NCBI GenBank assembly: GCA_965197645.1
Contig: OZ240219.1
Location: 3,136,001-3,200,000, forward strand
DNA length: 64,000 nucleotides
Direction: 5' to 3'
From: Dehalococcoidia bacterium
GTDB taxonomy: Bacteria; Chloroflexota; Dehalococcoidia; Plut-88900
Shown piece after piece: positions 38,360-48,066 of this stretch. Position 1 is the stretch's first letter; each line of letters opens with the position of its first letter. Below the pieces are notes generated by a model. That model was not told the origin of the DNA. It was given only the letters and a program-made list of their open reading frames with translations, and did no database searches. Made by a program: the position numbers and the translations under genes.

Positions 38360-41002
38360 CTAGCCCTCTTGGCTGATAAACGGGCCCCCATGCAGCCGTT
38401 TGAAAACACCCTTGACTTCTTCGACTAATACGGGTGGCGTATGTTCCAAAACCAGGTGATAGATATCCTCATCTTCGGGACTATCAGATGTCGTAACGTA
38501 TAAGCCCTCCGGGACGTATTCCAGAAAGTACGCTCTTAACGCCGATAACCACGCTTCTTCACCCATGACATCTCGCAGCCTCAACAAGAAATGCTGGCCC
38601 ATCGCATACTTACACGTGTCCCATAATGGGCCACCTCCCAAATCGTTCAAGTCTTGAAGAGTTTGGAGTCCATTTTCTGCACAATAGTCCGGAAACTCTG
38701 TGGTCGGGATATTCCCATCGTTGTTAATGAAGTCCCTGATTACATGAGCGCAGCCCTCATTAAACCACGCTGGGCCTGCATTACAATAGTAGTGGGCTGT
38801 TTCATGGAACATGGTCGATGCCTCCACGTTCCCACGAAACGAATCAAGAAACATTATGATACCTATATGTCGACCCCGGGTTCCTGGCTCTAAGACGTAG
38901 AGGATCACGTTCTCTACGGGAAATGGAATCGACCAGAACTCCTCGGATCCTCTCACGGCTCGTTCCATCGTAGCAAGGGTGTTCTGGGGACTAAACTGGT
39001 GGTAACCCACCACCCATAGATTCACAGGGCCTGCCAGGGGCAGTTCTATAGCCTTAGTCTCAATGGTGTAGGGGTCGCCGAGTCGGTCTTCCTCTGAGGT
39101 AATTGCGGCGATCAGATATACCCGCTCTTTTCGATCCAAGCCGTCAGCGATCCACGGTTCCATAAACAAGCGATTAAGTCGGTCTGGGTTGTGTGTTTCC
39201 AAACCGGTCTGCACACTGAATGAGGGGTGCTCACGAAGATTGCCCAGAGATTGGATGAGGCTGAGGTCAAGGACGCCGGGAGGATACTTGATTAGCCCCA
39301 AAATCTTCCTAGCCATCTGAGGATCGGCTGAATCGGTATCAGGTGAAATCGCTATATCCTTCAAAGTGTTAATGCCAAACAAGACCTCCAAGAATGTCAC
39401 GCCGTCCGTCACCCAAGGTGATGCAGCCAGCTCCATGGCAAAATCGGGCTGGTTCCAATAAACCAATTCGTAGAGGCGGCCAACCGCGCTGGTCTCCCAT
39501 CTGTCTATGTTGTCGGCCAACCACGGAAAGCGGAGTAGGAGTCTCGCCAATTCAGGCGCATTCTCGTCTAGAAATCGCATATACTCGAGAATACTGGTTT
39601 CATTGATAACAAGCTGCTCGTCAAATATCCAAGACCATGCCAGTATCGTTTTAGCCAATTCCGAATTGTTATTGTCAATTCTCTGTAATGCTTCGAGCGC
39701 TCTCCACTCTGTGTAGGATGGATCTGCAGTGAAGTCAGTGATGCCATCCCGGTACCAACTGGTTGCCTCAACCAGTTCCATTAGCGGAGGGGTTTGTATG
39801 AAAGCTTCTGAGAACGCATAGAGCGTAACGATGTACATAGATTCGTCTTCCGTAATGTCGGCATAGGAAAAATCGGTAACGGCCAGGAGGACCTCGGCAT
39901 GGTCGATAGTGCCGCTTTCATCGATATCGTATTGATCTAAAAGATTGTCCTCAATGAAGGGGTTCGACCCCTGGGGAGCAGCGAAGGTGGCGATCCAGAA
40001 GTCGGGTGATCGATTCTGGTCTGCGATAGCTCCGAGCTTCTGCAACAGTAGAGTCTCAGCTTCGTCCAAGCCATCGTCTAACCACGTCCTTCCCACCACG
40101 GCGTTGAACACGTCACTATCACGAGACGCTAGAGCACCCAGAGCGCCCACCTGTGGCACATCGACGTCTTCCACAGTTTCCAGGAAGGGCATGGAAAGAA
40201 TCAGCAGAGCCGCCTCTTCGCTACTCTCTGTAAGTGCTAGAAGCCCCTCTACTACCAAGATTTCATGTTCGCCGAGGCCATCCGCCACCCAGGGCTTGTC
40301 GACGGTGGTTCGGAAGAGGTCCGGCTGGTCCGCCGCTATACCCGCTAGAAGCTCCACGGCACCGGCGTCGACCTGTCCATGTGTATCCAAGAATGCCAGT
40401 CCTACAAGGAGTTGCCCGTCAGATTCGTTGCGGACTACGAGCTCTCGAATTCGCAGAATGACGGAGGACTCCAATTCATCCACGCCATCCCTGACCCACG
40501 GCTTGTCCGTGAGGGCAGGATAGGAGTCCAAACCAACCGAGGCTTCGATGTCCACCAAGCCCTGGACGGCTTGTTGTTCGGCATCGTCTATGCCATCGGC
40601 GACCCAGACCAGGGACGTGATGGCTGACGCCAATGTGGGCCTGTTCTGTTCCAGCCAGCGGCCGTTCGTGAAGGCTCGGAGAGAGAACGAAGCAACCGTT
40701 GGGATAGCCGAGGGTGTAGCTGTAGACGTCTTAGTCAGCGTAGGAGTTGGCGTAGCGGAGAGTGTAGGCGTGCGCGTGGGGAAGGGCGTTTCGGTTGGAG
40801 TGGATGAGGGCAGCGGTGTTGGAGTGCTGGCTGGCGTCGGAGATGGAGTTGGGGACGCTACAGATACTGGCGCTGGGGTCTGAGCAGGACTCGACGTAGT
40901 CCCAAGGTCACACGAAAGTAGCGACGCGGCTGCTAGGGCCGTAAGCAGGCCAGCCCATACTGCCCGATGGATTCTCTCCTGCGAACCAAGAAAGCGAGGC
41001 AT
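38360..41002 (-). CDS. Large lipoprotein with WxxDG repeats and C-terminal gluzincin-type metallopeptidase
   Basis: Lipobox LLSC, Thr/Pro linker, EF-hand-like DIDESGTIDHAE, HETAH followed by WFNEG. Confidence 0.8.
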   Translation of the reverse strand: MPRFLGSQERIHRAVWAGLLTALAAASLLSCDLGTTSSPAQTPAPVSVASPTPSPTPASTPTPLPSSTPTETPFPTRTPTLSATPTPTLTKTSTATPSAIPTVASFSLRAFTNGRWLEQNRPTLASAITSLVWVADGIDDAEQQAVQGLVDIEASVGLDSYPALTDKPWVRDGVDELESSVILRIRELVVRNESDGQLLVGLAFLDTHGQVDAGAVELLAGIAADQPDLFRTTVDKPWVADGLGEHEILVVEGLLALTESSEEAALLILSMPFLETVEDVDVPQVGALGALASRDSDVFNAVVGRTWLDDGLDEAETLLLQKLGAIADQNRSPDFWIATFAAPQGSNPFIEDNLLDQYDIDESGTIDHAEVLLAVTDFSYADITEDESMYIVTLYAFSEAFIQTPPLMELVEATSWYRDGITDFTADPSYTEWRALEALQRIDNNNSELAKTILAWSWIFDEQLVINETSILEYMRFLDENAPELARLLLRFPWLADNIDRWETSAVGRLYELVYWNQPDFAMELAASPWVTDGVTFLEVLFGINTLKDIAISPDTDSADPQMARKILGLIKYPPGVLDLSLIQSLGNLREHPSFSVQTGLETHNPDRLNRLFMEPWIADGLDRKERVYLIAAITSEEDRLGDPYTIETKAIELPLAGPVNLWVVGYHQFSPQNTLATMERAVRGSEEFWSIPFPVENVILYVLEPGTRGRHIGIIMFLDSFRGNVEASTMFHETAHYYCNAGPAWFNEGCAHVIRDFINNDGNIPTTEFPDYCAENGLQTLQDLNDLGGGPLWDTCKYAMGQHFLLRLRDVMGEEAWLSALRAYFLEYVPEGLYVTTSDSPEDEDIYHLVLEHTPPVLVEEVKGVFKRLHGGPFISQEG

Positions 41003-41053
41003 GTGAGGGGTAGCCCTCCTGTAGAGACATCTTTCAACATTCCAGCTTGAACT

Positions 41054-42685
41054 TCAAGGTGAAGATTCTTGTGATCCAATTGACACGCACTCAGGCTGAG
41101 GGGACTCAGGGTCAGGAGAATCAGGGTCTGAGGAATCATCGTCGATGGGTATAGCCAGCGTGATGTCCACGTTGTTGTCCTTGTCGATGATGACCTGTTC
41201 CACGAGCATCTGGAGATAATCGTGACGTTCCTCGGAGGTCAACTCGTCCAGGCCCTGGCCGAACTCTCTCGCCCAGGCTAGGACCTCCTCCATCAGTCGC
41301 CGCTTCTCAGTTCCACTCGCCTCCTGAGCACGGTAATCGTCCAGCTTCGCCCTGGCGCTCTCAAGCCGCTCGGTGATGAACCTGCGCTGGAGGTCGAGTT
41401 GGGCCTCGGTGATCTTCCCCGACACGAACAGCCTGATGGCGCGGTCCTCTTCCATCTGGATGCTTCGCAGGTCTCGCTCGGCCTGGGCGATCTCCTCCTC
41501 CATTCCGCCGCCCTCCTGAGAATCGAGGGTGGCGATACCGGCGACGATCAGGTCGGGGTTCTGGAGTACCCGCTTCACCTCGCTCCATATCGGCTCCTCC
41601 AACTGCTCCGCCCGGATGTAGGGCTTCTCCCGGCAGCGCAGGCGCATACCCTGCATCCCGTTGCACATGTAGTAGCGGCGGGGGGTGGTCAGGTCGTAGG
41701 TGTAAGCCTTGCCCTTGCGAACGCTGGTGGTTGTCCAGGAGGACCTCGTATGGAAGTTGCGGCCGCACTCGCCGCATTTCAGCAGATGCTGCAACTGGTA
41801 GAGCACCTTAGTGTTCCTCCTGGCCTTCGTGCTCCGCTGCTTCTTCAGCTTCTGCGCCCGTTCCCAGGTCTTATCGTCGATCACCTGCGGGACCGGAATC
41901 TCAATCCAGGTGTCCTTGGGCTGGTCGTATACCTTCATGCCGTCCTCAGTGGCGACGTGGCGGTACTTGCCGTAGACCCAGGAGCCCGTGTAGGTGGCAT
42001 TCCCCAGAATGTGGTGCACGCGGGACTGAAGCCACGTCAGCTTGCCGGTCTGTGTGGGAACCTCCTCGTCGGTCAGCCGCACGGCAATGGAGTAGGCCCT
42101 CATTCCCTCATGGACGTACATGTGGAAGATGCGGCGGACGACCTCCGCCTGCTCCTCAACCACCTCGGGCCTGCCGCCTTCCCCGATACGGTAACCGTAG
42201 GGGAGGCCGCCGGTGGGCACCCGTCCCTGCTTGGCAGTCCCCCGCTTGCCCATAGTGGACCGCTCCCGGAAGTTGTCCAGTTCAATCTTGCCGATGGCCG
42301 CCATGAGTCCGAAGGTCTTCATGTCGATGGCGTCCAAGACGGCTTCGAGCCGAATCTGATGGGCCTCGACGACCTCCATGAGTGCGGCGGCGGGGTACAT
42401 GCCCCTGCTGAGGCGGTCGGACTTCCAGCACACGATGGTGTCGAAGCGTCCCTGCCTGGCGTCGGCCAGCATTCTTTGGAACTCGGGGCGCTTCTTCGAC
42501 CAGCCCCTGCCGACCTCCTGGTAGCGCGCGGCGATGGTCAGCCCCTTGCTCTCGCAGTAGGCTTCCATGTCGCCTGTCTGCTCGGCGATGGAAGTCTTGT
42601 CCTCCCCATCCTGGCTCTTGTCTGAGACGCGGGCGTAGATGGCCGCCCGGTTCGCCTCCGTCCTCCTCTTGGTGGTTCTCGCCAT
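41054..42685 (-). CDS. Large serine recombinase (integrase)
   Basis: YARVS catalytic motif, DRLSR, PYGY, Zn-ribbon CGECG...C, coiled coil; GAGGAG SD before ATG 42685. Confidence 0.95.
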   Translation of the reverse strand: MARTTKRRTEANRAAIYARVSDKSQDGEDKTSIAEQTGDMEAYCESKGLTIAARYQEVGRGWSKKRPEFQRMLADARQGRFDTIVCWKSDRLSRGMYPAAALMEVVEAHQIRLEAVLDAIDMKTFGLMAAIGKIELDNFRERSTMGKRGTAKQGRVPTGGLPYGYRIGEGGRPEVVEEQAEVVRRIFHMYVHEGMRAYSIAVRLTDEEVPTQTGKLTWLQSRVHHILGNATYTGSWVYGKYRHVATEDGMKVYDQPKDTWIEIPVPQVIDDKTWERAQKLKKQRSTKARRNTKVLYQLQHLLKCGECGRNFHTRSSWTTTSVRKGKAYTYDLTTPRRYYMCNGMQGMRLRCREKPYIRAEQLEEPIWSEVKRVLQNPDLIVAGIATLDSQEGGGMEEEIAQAERDLRSIQMEEDRAIRLFVSGKITEAQLDLQRRFITERLESARAKLDDYRAQEASGTEKRRLMEEVLAWAREFGQGLDELTSEERHDYLQMLVEQVIIDKDNNVDITLAIPIDDDSSDPDSPDPESPQPECVSIGSQESSP

Positions 42686-42710
42686 GACTCCTCCTCTCTC
42701 GAATCCTCTG

Positions 42711-42833
42711 AAAGCAAAAAGGCCCGCCTCCTGTCGGGAGCGGGTCTGCGAGTAGTACAATCTATTCGCATCACCTGTTACCGCAGGTGGCGCCACGACC
42801 CGGGGTGTTAGCGCACCGCCGGGTCAACTTCTG
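42711..42833 (-). ncRNA. Candidate structured leader / small RNA upstream of the recombinase
   Basis: Two hairpins with related loops (42772-42789, 42797-42825), then a GC hairpin plus T-tract (42746-42711) before the SD. Confidence 0.5.
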
Positions 42834-42839
42834 CTTCGC

Positions 42840-42869
42840 ATTATACCCTCCAGGCCAAAGTCCGGTCAA
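42840..42869 (-). promoter_or_regulatory. Sigma70-type promoter of the recombinase leader
   Basis: TTGACC-18 nt-TATAAT on the minus strand. Confidence 0.7.
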
Positions 42870-42996
42870 AGCGATGTGCGGTAACAGAGTCAGTGACAGG
42901 GGAGGACACATAGGTCTGAAATGAACGGAGTCAACAGCCCTCGCTCACATGGCCACTGGCCCACAACAATGTCACAGTCATCGGACAACCTGCCAG

Positions 42997-45900
42997 TTAT
43001 AGCAAGCCTTCCTCTGCGGCTTTGGCCAACCAATAGTCTGCGTGCTCTCTAGTGAAAAACAATGACACTGGGGTCTGACGCTGAGGAGGTCGGATAGTGA
43101 CGACCTTGCCTTGAATAGAATTGGACACGCCATTGTCTGAGTTGAACATCAGCCTGCGGTTGCTCGCCTGGCCCAAGACTCTAGTGACCTCAGTCCGAGT
43201 AACGGCATCGCCAAGTGCGCCATGGTGGTAATGACATAGCAGGAGGATATTACCTGCATGGCGTGCTCCACCAGCGTTAACGTGATCGCAATGTTGCGCT
43301 TCCATAATCCGGCGTCGGTTTTCGGAGTCCTCTACATAGCTCGATAGCGGTGCCAGCGTTTTGGGTTCGGCCCAGGCAAGACAGGCTTGGCAATGCCACG
43401 CATATTGCTTCTCTTTGAGGTCGGCTATTTGAGCATTCTCATCTGCCGACTGGGGCCGACTACTCTCTCTTCTAGGCTTGCTGACATTTCTGATGACTCC
43501 ATCACCTTGAGGAATGGGACCGGGGTTAGGAATGTTTTTCGACGGGTCAGGCTTAGGCACTGAATGAATAGCTGATGTCGCCGAAGGACTTGAATCCAAA
43601 CTATGTTGACTAGTGGTATCGTCAATCTCGCCATCCTCTTGAGGTTGTACCCCGTCTAAATGCTCCAGAGGATAGCGCTCTCTCATCTCCATCTTGTACG
43701 CCTGATCAAGCACGGAGCCATAGTACTTCTTGGGCAGTTCGAAGACGTGTTCAGCGACTACGTCGAAGAAGACCCCCCGTAGGTCGGTATCTGATCTGAT
43801 CCAGAGCGTACCGGACTCTTTGTCGAGCTTCCCATATACTGGTACGGAGAACCTGTACCGCCCTAGCTTATAGATAGCAGTGACAGAATCCGCAGTCCTT
43901 ATGCCTTGAACACTTGCTAGGCGTTCACGCCAGTTGCTCCTGAGCGCGCTCTCGGAAGTGTCAAGGTCAAGTTTGGCAAGCCGCTTTTGTAGCTGCCTTC
44001 CCTTCAGACCAGATTGGAGAGAATCAAGAATCCCCTTAAAATCGAAGTTTGAAGGGAGTAGGTTTTGTCTCCCCGTGCCAACTGCCCCTACTGGGTCCCC
44101 CACATAGTCGCTCAGAGTGCGCAGTCCGAGCTCTCGTAGGTGGGCAGTGACCGGCTCCCTTACTCGGCGACTCTCTACGATCGCCATCTCCACGGGGCGC
44201 CTCGTTGGATGCCGTCTTATCGCCTCTTCAAGCTCTTCGAAGTCAGGGATTACAACCTTGCTCCTTGTCTTGGTAGCATCCGACTTCGTCACAAGCCGTA
44301 CTCTGGCTCCGTCGGACTCGATCATAATGAACGGAACCTGAGGAAACTCATCGCTCCATGCACGTGGTCCAGATTGATGATTGATATGACGTAGGATTTG
44401 ATCAGCATGCCTAGCGACGACGTCAGTATCCTGAGATGCTAGCCACTGGAAGAATCTTCTAGAACTATTGAAGTTGGGTGTCCCACCAACGACACCAACA
44501 AGTCCGTACAGCCTTTGCGTTTCAGCATTGATGTCAGTCACTGGCACACGTATCTTCCAGTCGCCCCAGAAATCGCGACTTCCTCGCAACGCAATTTCAT
44601 TTGGAGAGCGCAGTTTCCCTTCTACCGGAATGCAGGGGACATCAATCAATCCGACGGGTTCTATGCTTTCGCGTTTGGATTGCCTCACGTACTCTTGAAG
44701 CCTCGGTACATGTGCATCAAAGCGGGCACCATCCCCTTGAAGGGTGTCAACGATCTGATCCGCAGAGGGAGCAGTCCGCGGTTTCCAGCCATCGATTCGA
44801 TCCAAAATGCTAATGGGCCGGTCAATGACGTGCTCATCTAGCAAATTAAGACGCTGCAACCCCCCTGCATCTCTTACCAATTCACCAGGATCTCTCAGGC
44901 TTCCGCCTTTATCTAAGGCACAGCGGTAATCTTTATCTAGCTCACCGAGGTATTCCTTTAGCCGTGGTGTAGAAGAGGCAAGGACGGCAAGATCTTTCTC
45001 AACCTTGTGAAATTCACGTCGTTCATTAGCGGTCAGTTTCCTATCACGGGCAAATCGGTCAATATGCTCTATCAGGAATTCCTCAAACTCCTGAAATGAA
45101 GGCGTATGCCTGAAAGTCAGGCGGCCCCTGCCAGCCCTGCTTACAAGGCCAACTTTCAGGAGCTCGCGAGAGGGTCGCACTATTGCGTTTCCCATGACTG
45201 ACGCGACGCGAGGACTGCGAGGCTCACAAAGACTATCCAATGGCAGTAGGCTACCGTTGGCACTCGGCCACACTGGGAAGTTGGCGGTCCGTATAAGCGT
45301 TTGTCGCCGCTTAACGGTTCTCCAGTTGTCGCGGAGCCAAGTCCAAAACGACTTACGCTCCAAAAGTGAAGCCGTCTCAAGCTGGGCTTTATCGAGGTAG
45401 TCCTCTAACCTGAATGGTTTGGGCTTCCATGCTCTCTTCCTCAGAAGGCGATGGCCTTGCAATTCTGGATGGAGGAGGGGCACATACTCTTGCTGACCGA
45501 GATTCGGCGGCAGGTTTACAGCGCTGAACATCCCTACTAGCGGTCGTGCCCTAGACCTTTCGTCGGGTAGGTAGGTGTTCTGTATGACTTCCGATTCAGA
45601 TTCCAGTTTATCTCTTTGAATAGTCTCGTATAGGACATCCAAGTAGACCTTGGCGACTGATGGGTTACCGAGAGCTGCCTGCCATTCAAACTTGTCCTGC
45701 CAAGGAAAGTAATTGGCTTCCAGTTTAGGCTGTAGTCGTTCGGCAACATCGTTTTCGTCAAAAGTGATCACATCCGTCTTGTTGACCAGACAACTCAAAA
45801 TAGGGCCAGGAACGGTCCTGTTGATTTGGTCTTCTTCCCCTGGGCAAATCTCCGAGAGCAGAGGGGCAATTCGCTCTTGATCCCATGTGAACATCGGCAA

Positions 45901-47202
45901 GACGACTCTACGAAGAGTGCCAGCCGATATCTTCCTGGGGCCTAAGGCAATCCGCCTAATGCGCTTTGATACTTTTGACACCCTGTCTGCAAGTGGTAAC
46001 GCTCGTCTGTCGATTGTGCGCTCTACAAGGTCATTGAGCGTTTCATCTTCTGCATCACCAGGACTGGCCATGTAGAGCTCCATCGCCCTTCCACCATGAC
46101 GTTGGAGCAGGTAGCTAGACATGATATCCACAAGCGCGTCTTTGCACGCATCGTCAATATAGGCGTTCAGGGAATTCATATGGCTGGTGCCGTGTCTCCC
46201 AGCATCAGAAATGTACGGACCTGAGAAGTGGATGCCCACGCCGGTAAGTGAGGCGTCCGAAGTGCCGTCATATCCTATCGGGTACCTCCGAACTCCTTTG
46301 GCTGACTTAGGCATGCCTCTCTTGTCTGTGAGCCACGCTATCTCCGCTAAAAAGGATTTCCTGTCCCTAAAGAAGAAGTCTGGTATCTCTGGCCGCTTTC
46401 CCGCAGGGAACGGTAGCCTGAATACACAGGCCCGTTCGTGGATTACAGTTGAAGGAACGCGGGGTGCCTTCGAGGAAGTGTCACATTCCCTACTGAATAC
46501 GCCAAACCGTCTCTGGCCTCTGCCAGTGACGGTCCGTCCTCTCTTGGCTCGCCAATGAATCTCGACGGACCCCAGAGCATGGTGGCTCAGAGAAAGTGTG
46601 TACTGATCACGAAGTCCAGGACGAACTACGCCCAACAGTCTGTCTGGCAAAAGCTCGCATGCATTCCTGAAGAGTCCTTCTAGGGAACTCTCTTCAGGAA
46701 TCCCAATTGTCAATTCTTCACCCTTCGTAATTACTAGCTCTTGCTTCCGATAAGGAACTTCAATCGAGCACCCGATAGGCGGAGCGCTACCGTCCGGGAC
46801 CGGCTCCCGAAGTGTTCCTGGCGATGGCTGCTTGTCATAGCCGTCCTTGTACAGGGTCTGGATCATTCTGAGGCCATCTGATCGCACAATGATTTCATCG
46901 CCGAGCCAGAAACACGCCTTTAGGCCGTGGTTCTTGATTCCTATTTGGAACCGTTTGCTTTCAACCTCGACACCCGCACCCATGACAAAGGATAGTCGTC
47001 GCCAGCCGTTCTCAGTCACGGGTTCACCGTCTCCACGACAGATTAGTCGGTCAGCAGTGAAGGTGATGGACGTACGCGATGCATTGGCGTCCAAATCATT
47101 CTGAATAAGCTCAACTATCAGGTCATCAGAGTGCAAGCCCCTAAGGAACTGCCAAAACTGTGGCTCCGCGTCAAACCTCTGGACGAATTCCGAAACGTAC
47201 AA
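42997..47202 (-). CDS. Sacsin-like GHKL ATPase fused to C-terminal HNH nuclease (1401 aa)
   Basis: ELIQNDLDANA, IGIKNHGLKACF, HFSGPY..D.GR; C-terminal CQAC...HCDH...NILLLCHYHH; GGAGGA SD. Confidence 0.8.
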   Translation of the reverse strand: MYVSEFVQRFDAEPQFWQFLRGLHSDDLIVELIQNDLDANASRTSITFTADRLICRGDGEPVTENGWRRLSFVMGAGVEVESKRFQIGIKNHGLKACFWLGDEIIVRSDGLRMIQTLYKDGYDKQPSPGTLREPVPDGSAPPIGCSIEVPYRKQELVITKGEELTIGIPEESSLEGLFRNACELLPDRLLGVVRPGLRDQYTLSLSHHALGSVEIHWRAKRGRTVTGRGQRRFGVFSRECDTSSKAPRVPSTVIHERACVFRLPFPAGKRPEIPDFFFRDRKSFLAEIAWLTDKRGMPKSAKGVRRYPIGYDGTSDASLTGVGIHFSGPYISDAGRHGTSHMNSLNAYIDDACKDALVDIMSSYLLQRHGGRAMELYMASPGDAEDETLNDLVERTIDRRALPLADRVSKVSKRIRRIALGPRKISAGTLRRVVLPMFTWDQERIAPLLSEICPGEEDQINRTVPGPILSCLVNKTDVITFDENDVAERLQPKLEANYFPWQDKFEWQAALGNPSVAKVYLDVLYETIQRDKLESESEVIQNTYLPDERSRARPLVGMFSAVNLPPNLGQQEYVPLLHPELQGHRLLRKRAWKPKPFRLEDYLDKAQLETASLLERKSFWTWLRDNWRTVKRRQTLIRTANFPVWPSANGSLLPLDSLCEPRSPRVASVMGNAIVRPSRELLKVGLVSRAGRGRLTFRHTPSFQEFEEFLIEHIDRFARDRKLTANERREFHKVEKDLAVLASSTPRLKEYLGELDKDYRCALDKGGSLRDPGELVRDAGGLQRLNLLDEHVIDRPISILDRIDGWKPRTAPSADQIVDTLQGDGARFDAHVPRLQEYVRQSKRESIEPVGLIDVPCIPVEGKLRSPNEIALRGSRDFWGDWKIRVPVTDINAETQRLYGLVGVVGGTPNFNSSRRFFQWLASQDTDVVARHADQILRHINHQSGPRAWSDEFPQVPFIMIESDGARVRLVTKSDATKTRSKVVIPDFEELEEAIRRHPTRRPVEMAIVESRRVREPVTAHLRELGLRTLSDYVGDPVGAVGTGRQNLLPSNFDFKGILDSLQSGLKGRQLQKRLAKLDLDTSESALRSNWRERLASVQGIRTADSVTAIYKLGRYRFSVPVYGKLDKESGTLWIRSDTDLRGVFFDVVAEHVFELPKKYYGSVLDQAYKMEMRERYPLEHLDGVQPQEDGEIDDTTSQHSLDSSPSATSAIHSVPKPDPSKNIPNPGPIPQGDGVIRNVSKPRRESSRPQSADENAQIADLKEKQYAWHCQACLAWAEPKTLAPLSSYVEDSENRRRIMEAQHCDHVNAGGARHAGNILLLCHYHHGALGDAVTRTEVTRVLGQASNRRLMFNSDNGVSNSIQGKVVTIRPPQRQTPVSLFFTREHADYWLAKAAEEGLL

Positions 47203-47204
47203 TG

Positions 47205-48056
47205 TCAGTTCTCCTCCAACTGTCGCTGTCGAAGAAGTTCGATATTGATACTTTTGATAAGTTTCAGCCGGGCCTCAGTAGAAAGGTTAGACACGTGCGC
47301 CAATGCCACAGAGTCGAGGTTTAAGCCTTCCGCAACCGACACGACCCCGTTCTCACAGAGCCGGAACACTCCCCCATCAAATGCCCTATGGCAATATGCA
47401 CACAGACCAATCCCATTGGCGGGATTTGCTCGATTCTTCACGTCAGTTGAATACCTGCTGATGTGCGCCACATCTAGCACTTCTCTGAGTGTCGTTCCGC
47501 AGATTGCACAGGCAAAGCCTTGGCGCAGCAGCACTGTCTGCTTGAAGCGCTCTACGCTGTGCCTCCTCTTGACGAATGACCAAGCATCAGGCACAGAGTA
47601 GTCTGGAGCGTCCGGCGGTGCAATCGCTATGCAATGCCGCCGGTATGCCAACTCGATGATACTTGTAAACAAGTCAGGGCTGACTTGTGCTATGGAGCGT
47701 GACCAGCCCAACTTGTTCACATCCGTGATCCCCAGTGACGCTCGATTCCTCTTACCCTCAACATTAAATGGGCGAATATCCAGCGAACGAGCGTACTGAA
47801 CAAAGTCGCCAAGTGTAGCAGTAAAGACACGACTAACTCTGAATTGGCCTTGTTCTGTGGTTTCGGCGGTTCTAGTTGACACCTGGGTAACAATGCCGTG
47901 TCCCGCGAAACCGTAACCACCGCCCCGCTTGTCAAGGTACACAAAGGAGTCACCGGGCTTCACCCTAACGGAGTGTCTATTGTCGTAAACATAGGTCTGC
48001 CCCGGTTCGTCAGGGTACTGCTCTTGCTCAGATTGCTTGAAAATCCAGAAGGTCAC
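47205..48056 (-). CDS. HNH endonuclease with N-terminal EVE/PUA-like domain
   Basis: N-terminal WIF...KPGDSFVY...FAGHGIV; C-terminal CAICG...AHI...NGIGLCAYCHRAFD. Confidence 0.8.
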   Translation of the reverse strand: MTFWIFKQSEQEQYPDEPGQTYVYDNRHSVRVKPGDSFVYLDKRGGGYGFAGHGIVTQVSTRTAETTEQGQFRVSRVFTATLGDFVQYARSLDIRPFNVEGKRNRASLGITDVNKLGWSRSIAQVSPDLFTSIIELAYRRHCIAIAPPDAPDYSVPDAWSFVKRRHSVERFKQTVLLRQGFACAICGTTLREVLDVAHISRYSTDVKNRANPANGIGLCAYCHRAFDGGVFRLCENGVVSVAEGLNLDSVALAHVSNLSTEARLKLIKSINIELLRQRQLEEN

Positions 48057-48066
48057 TGTGAGTCCC

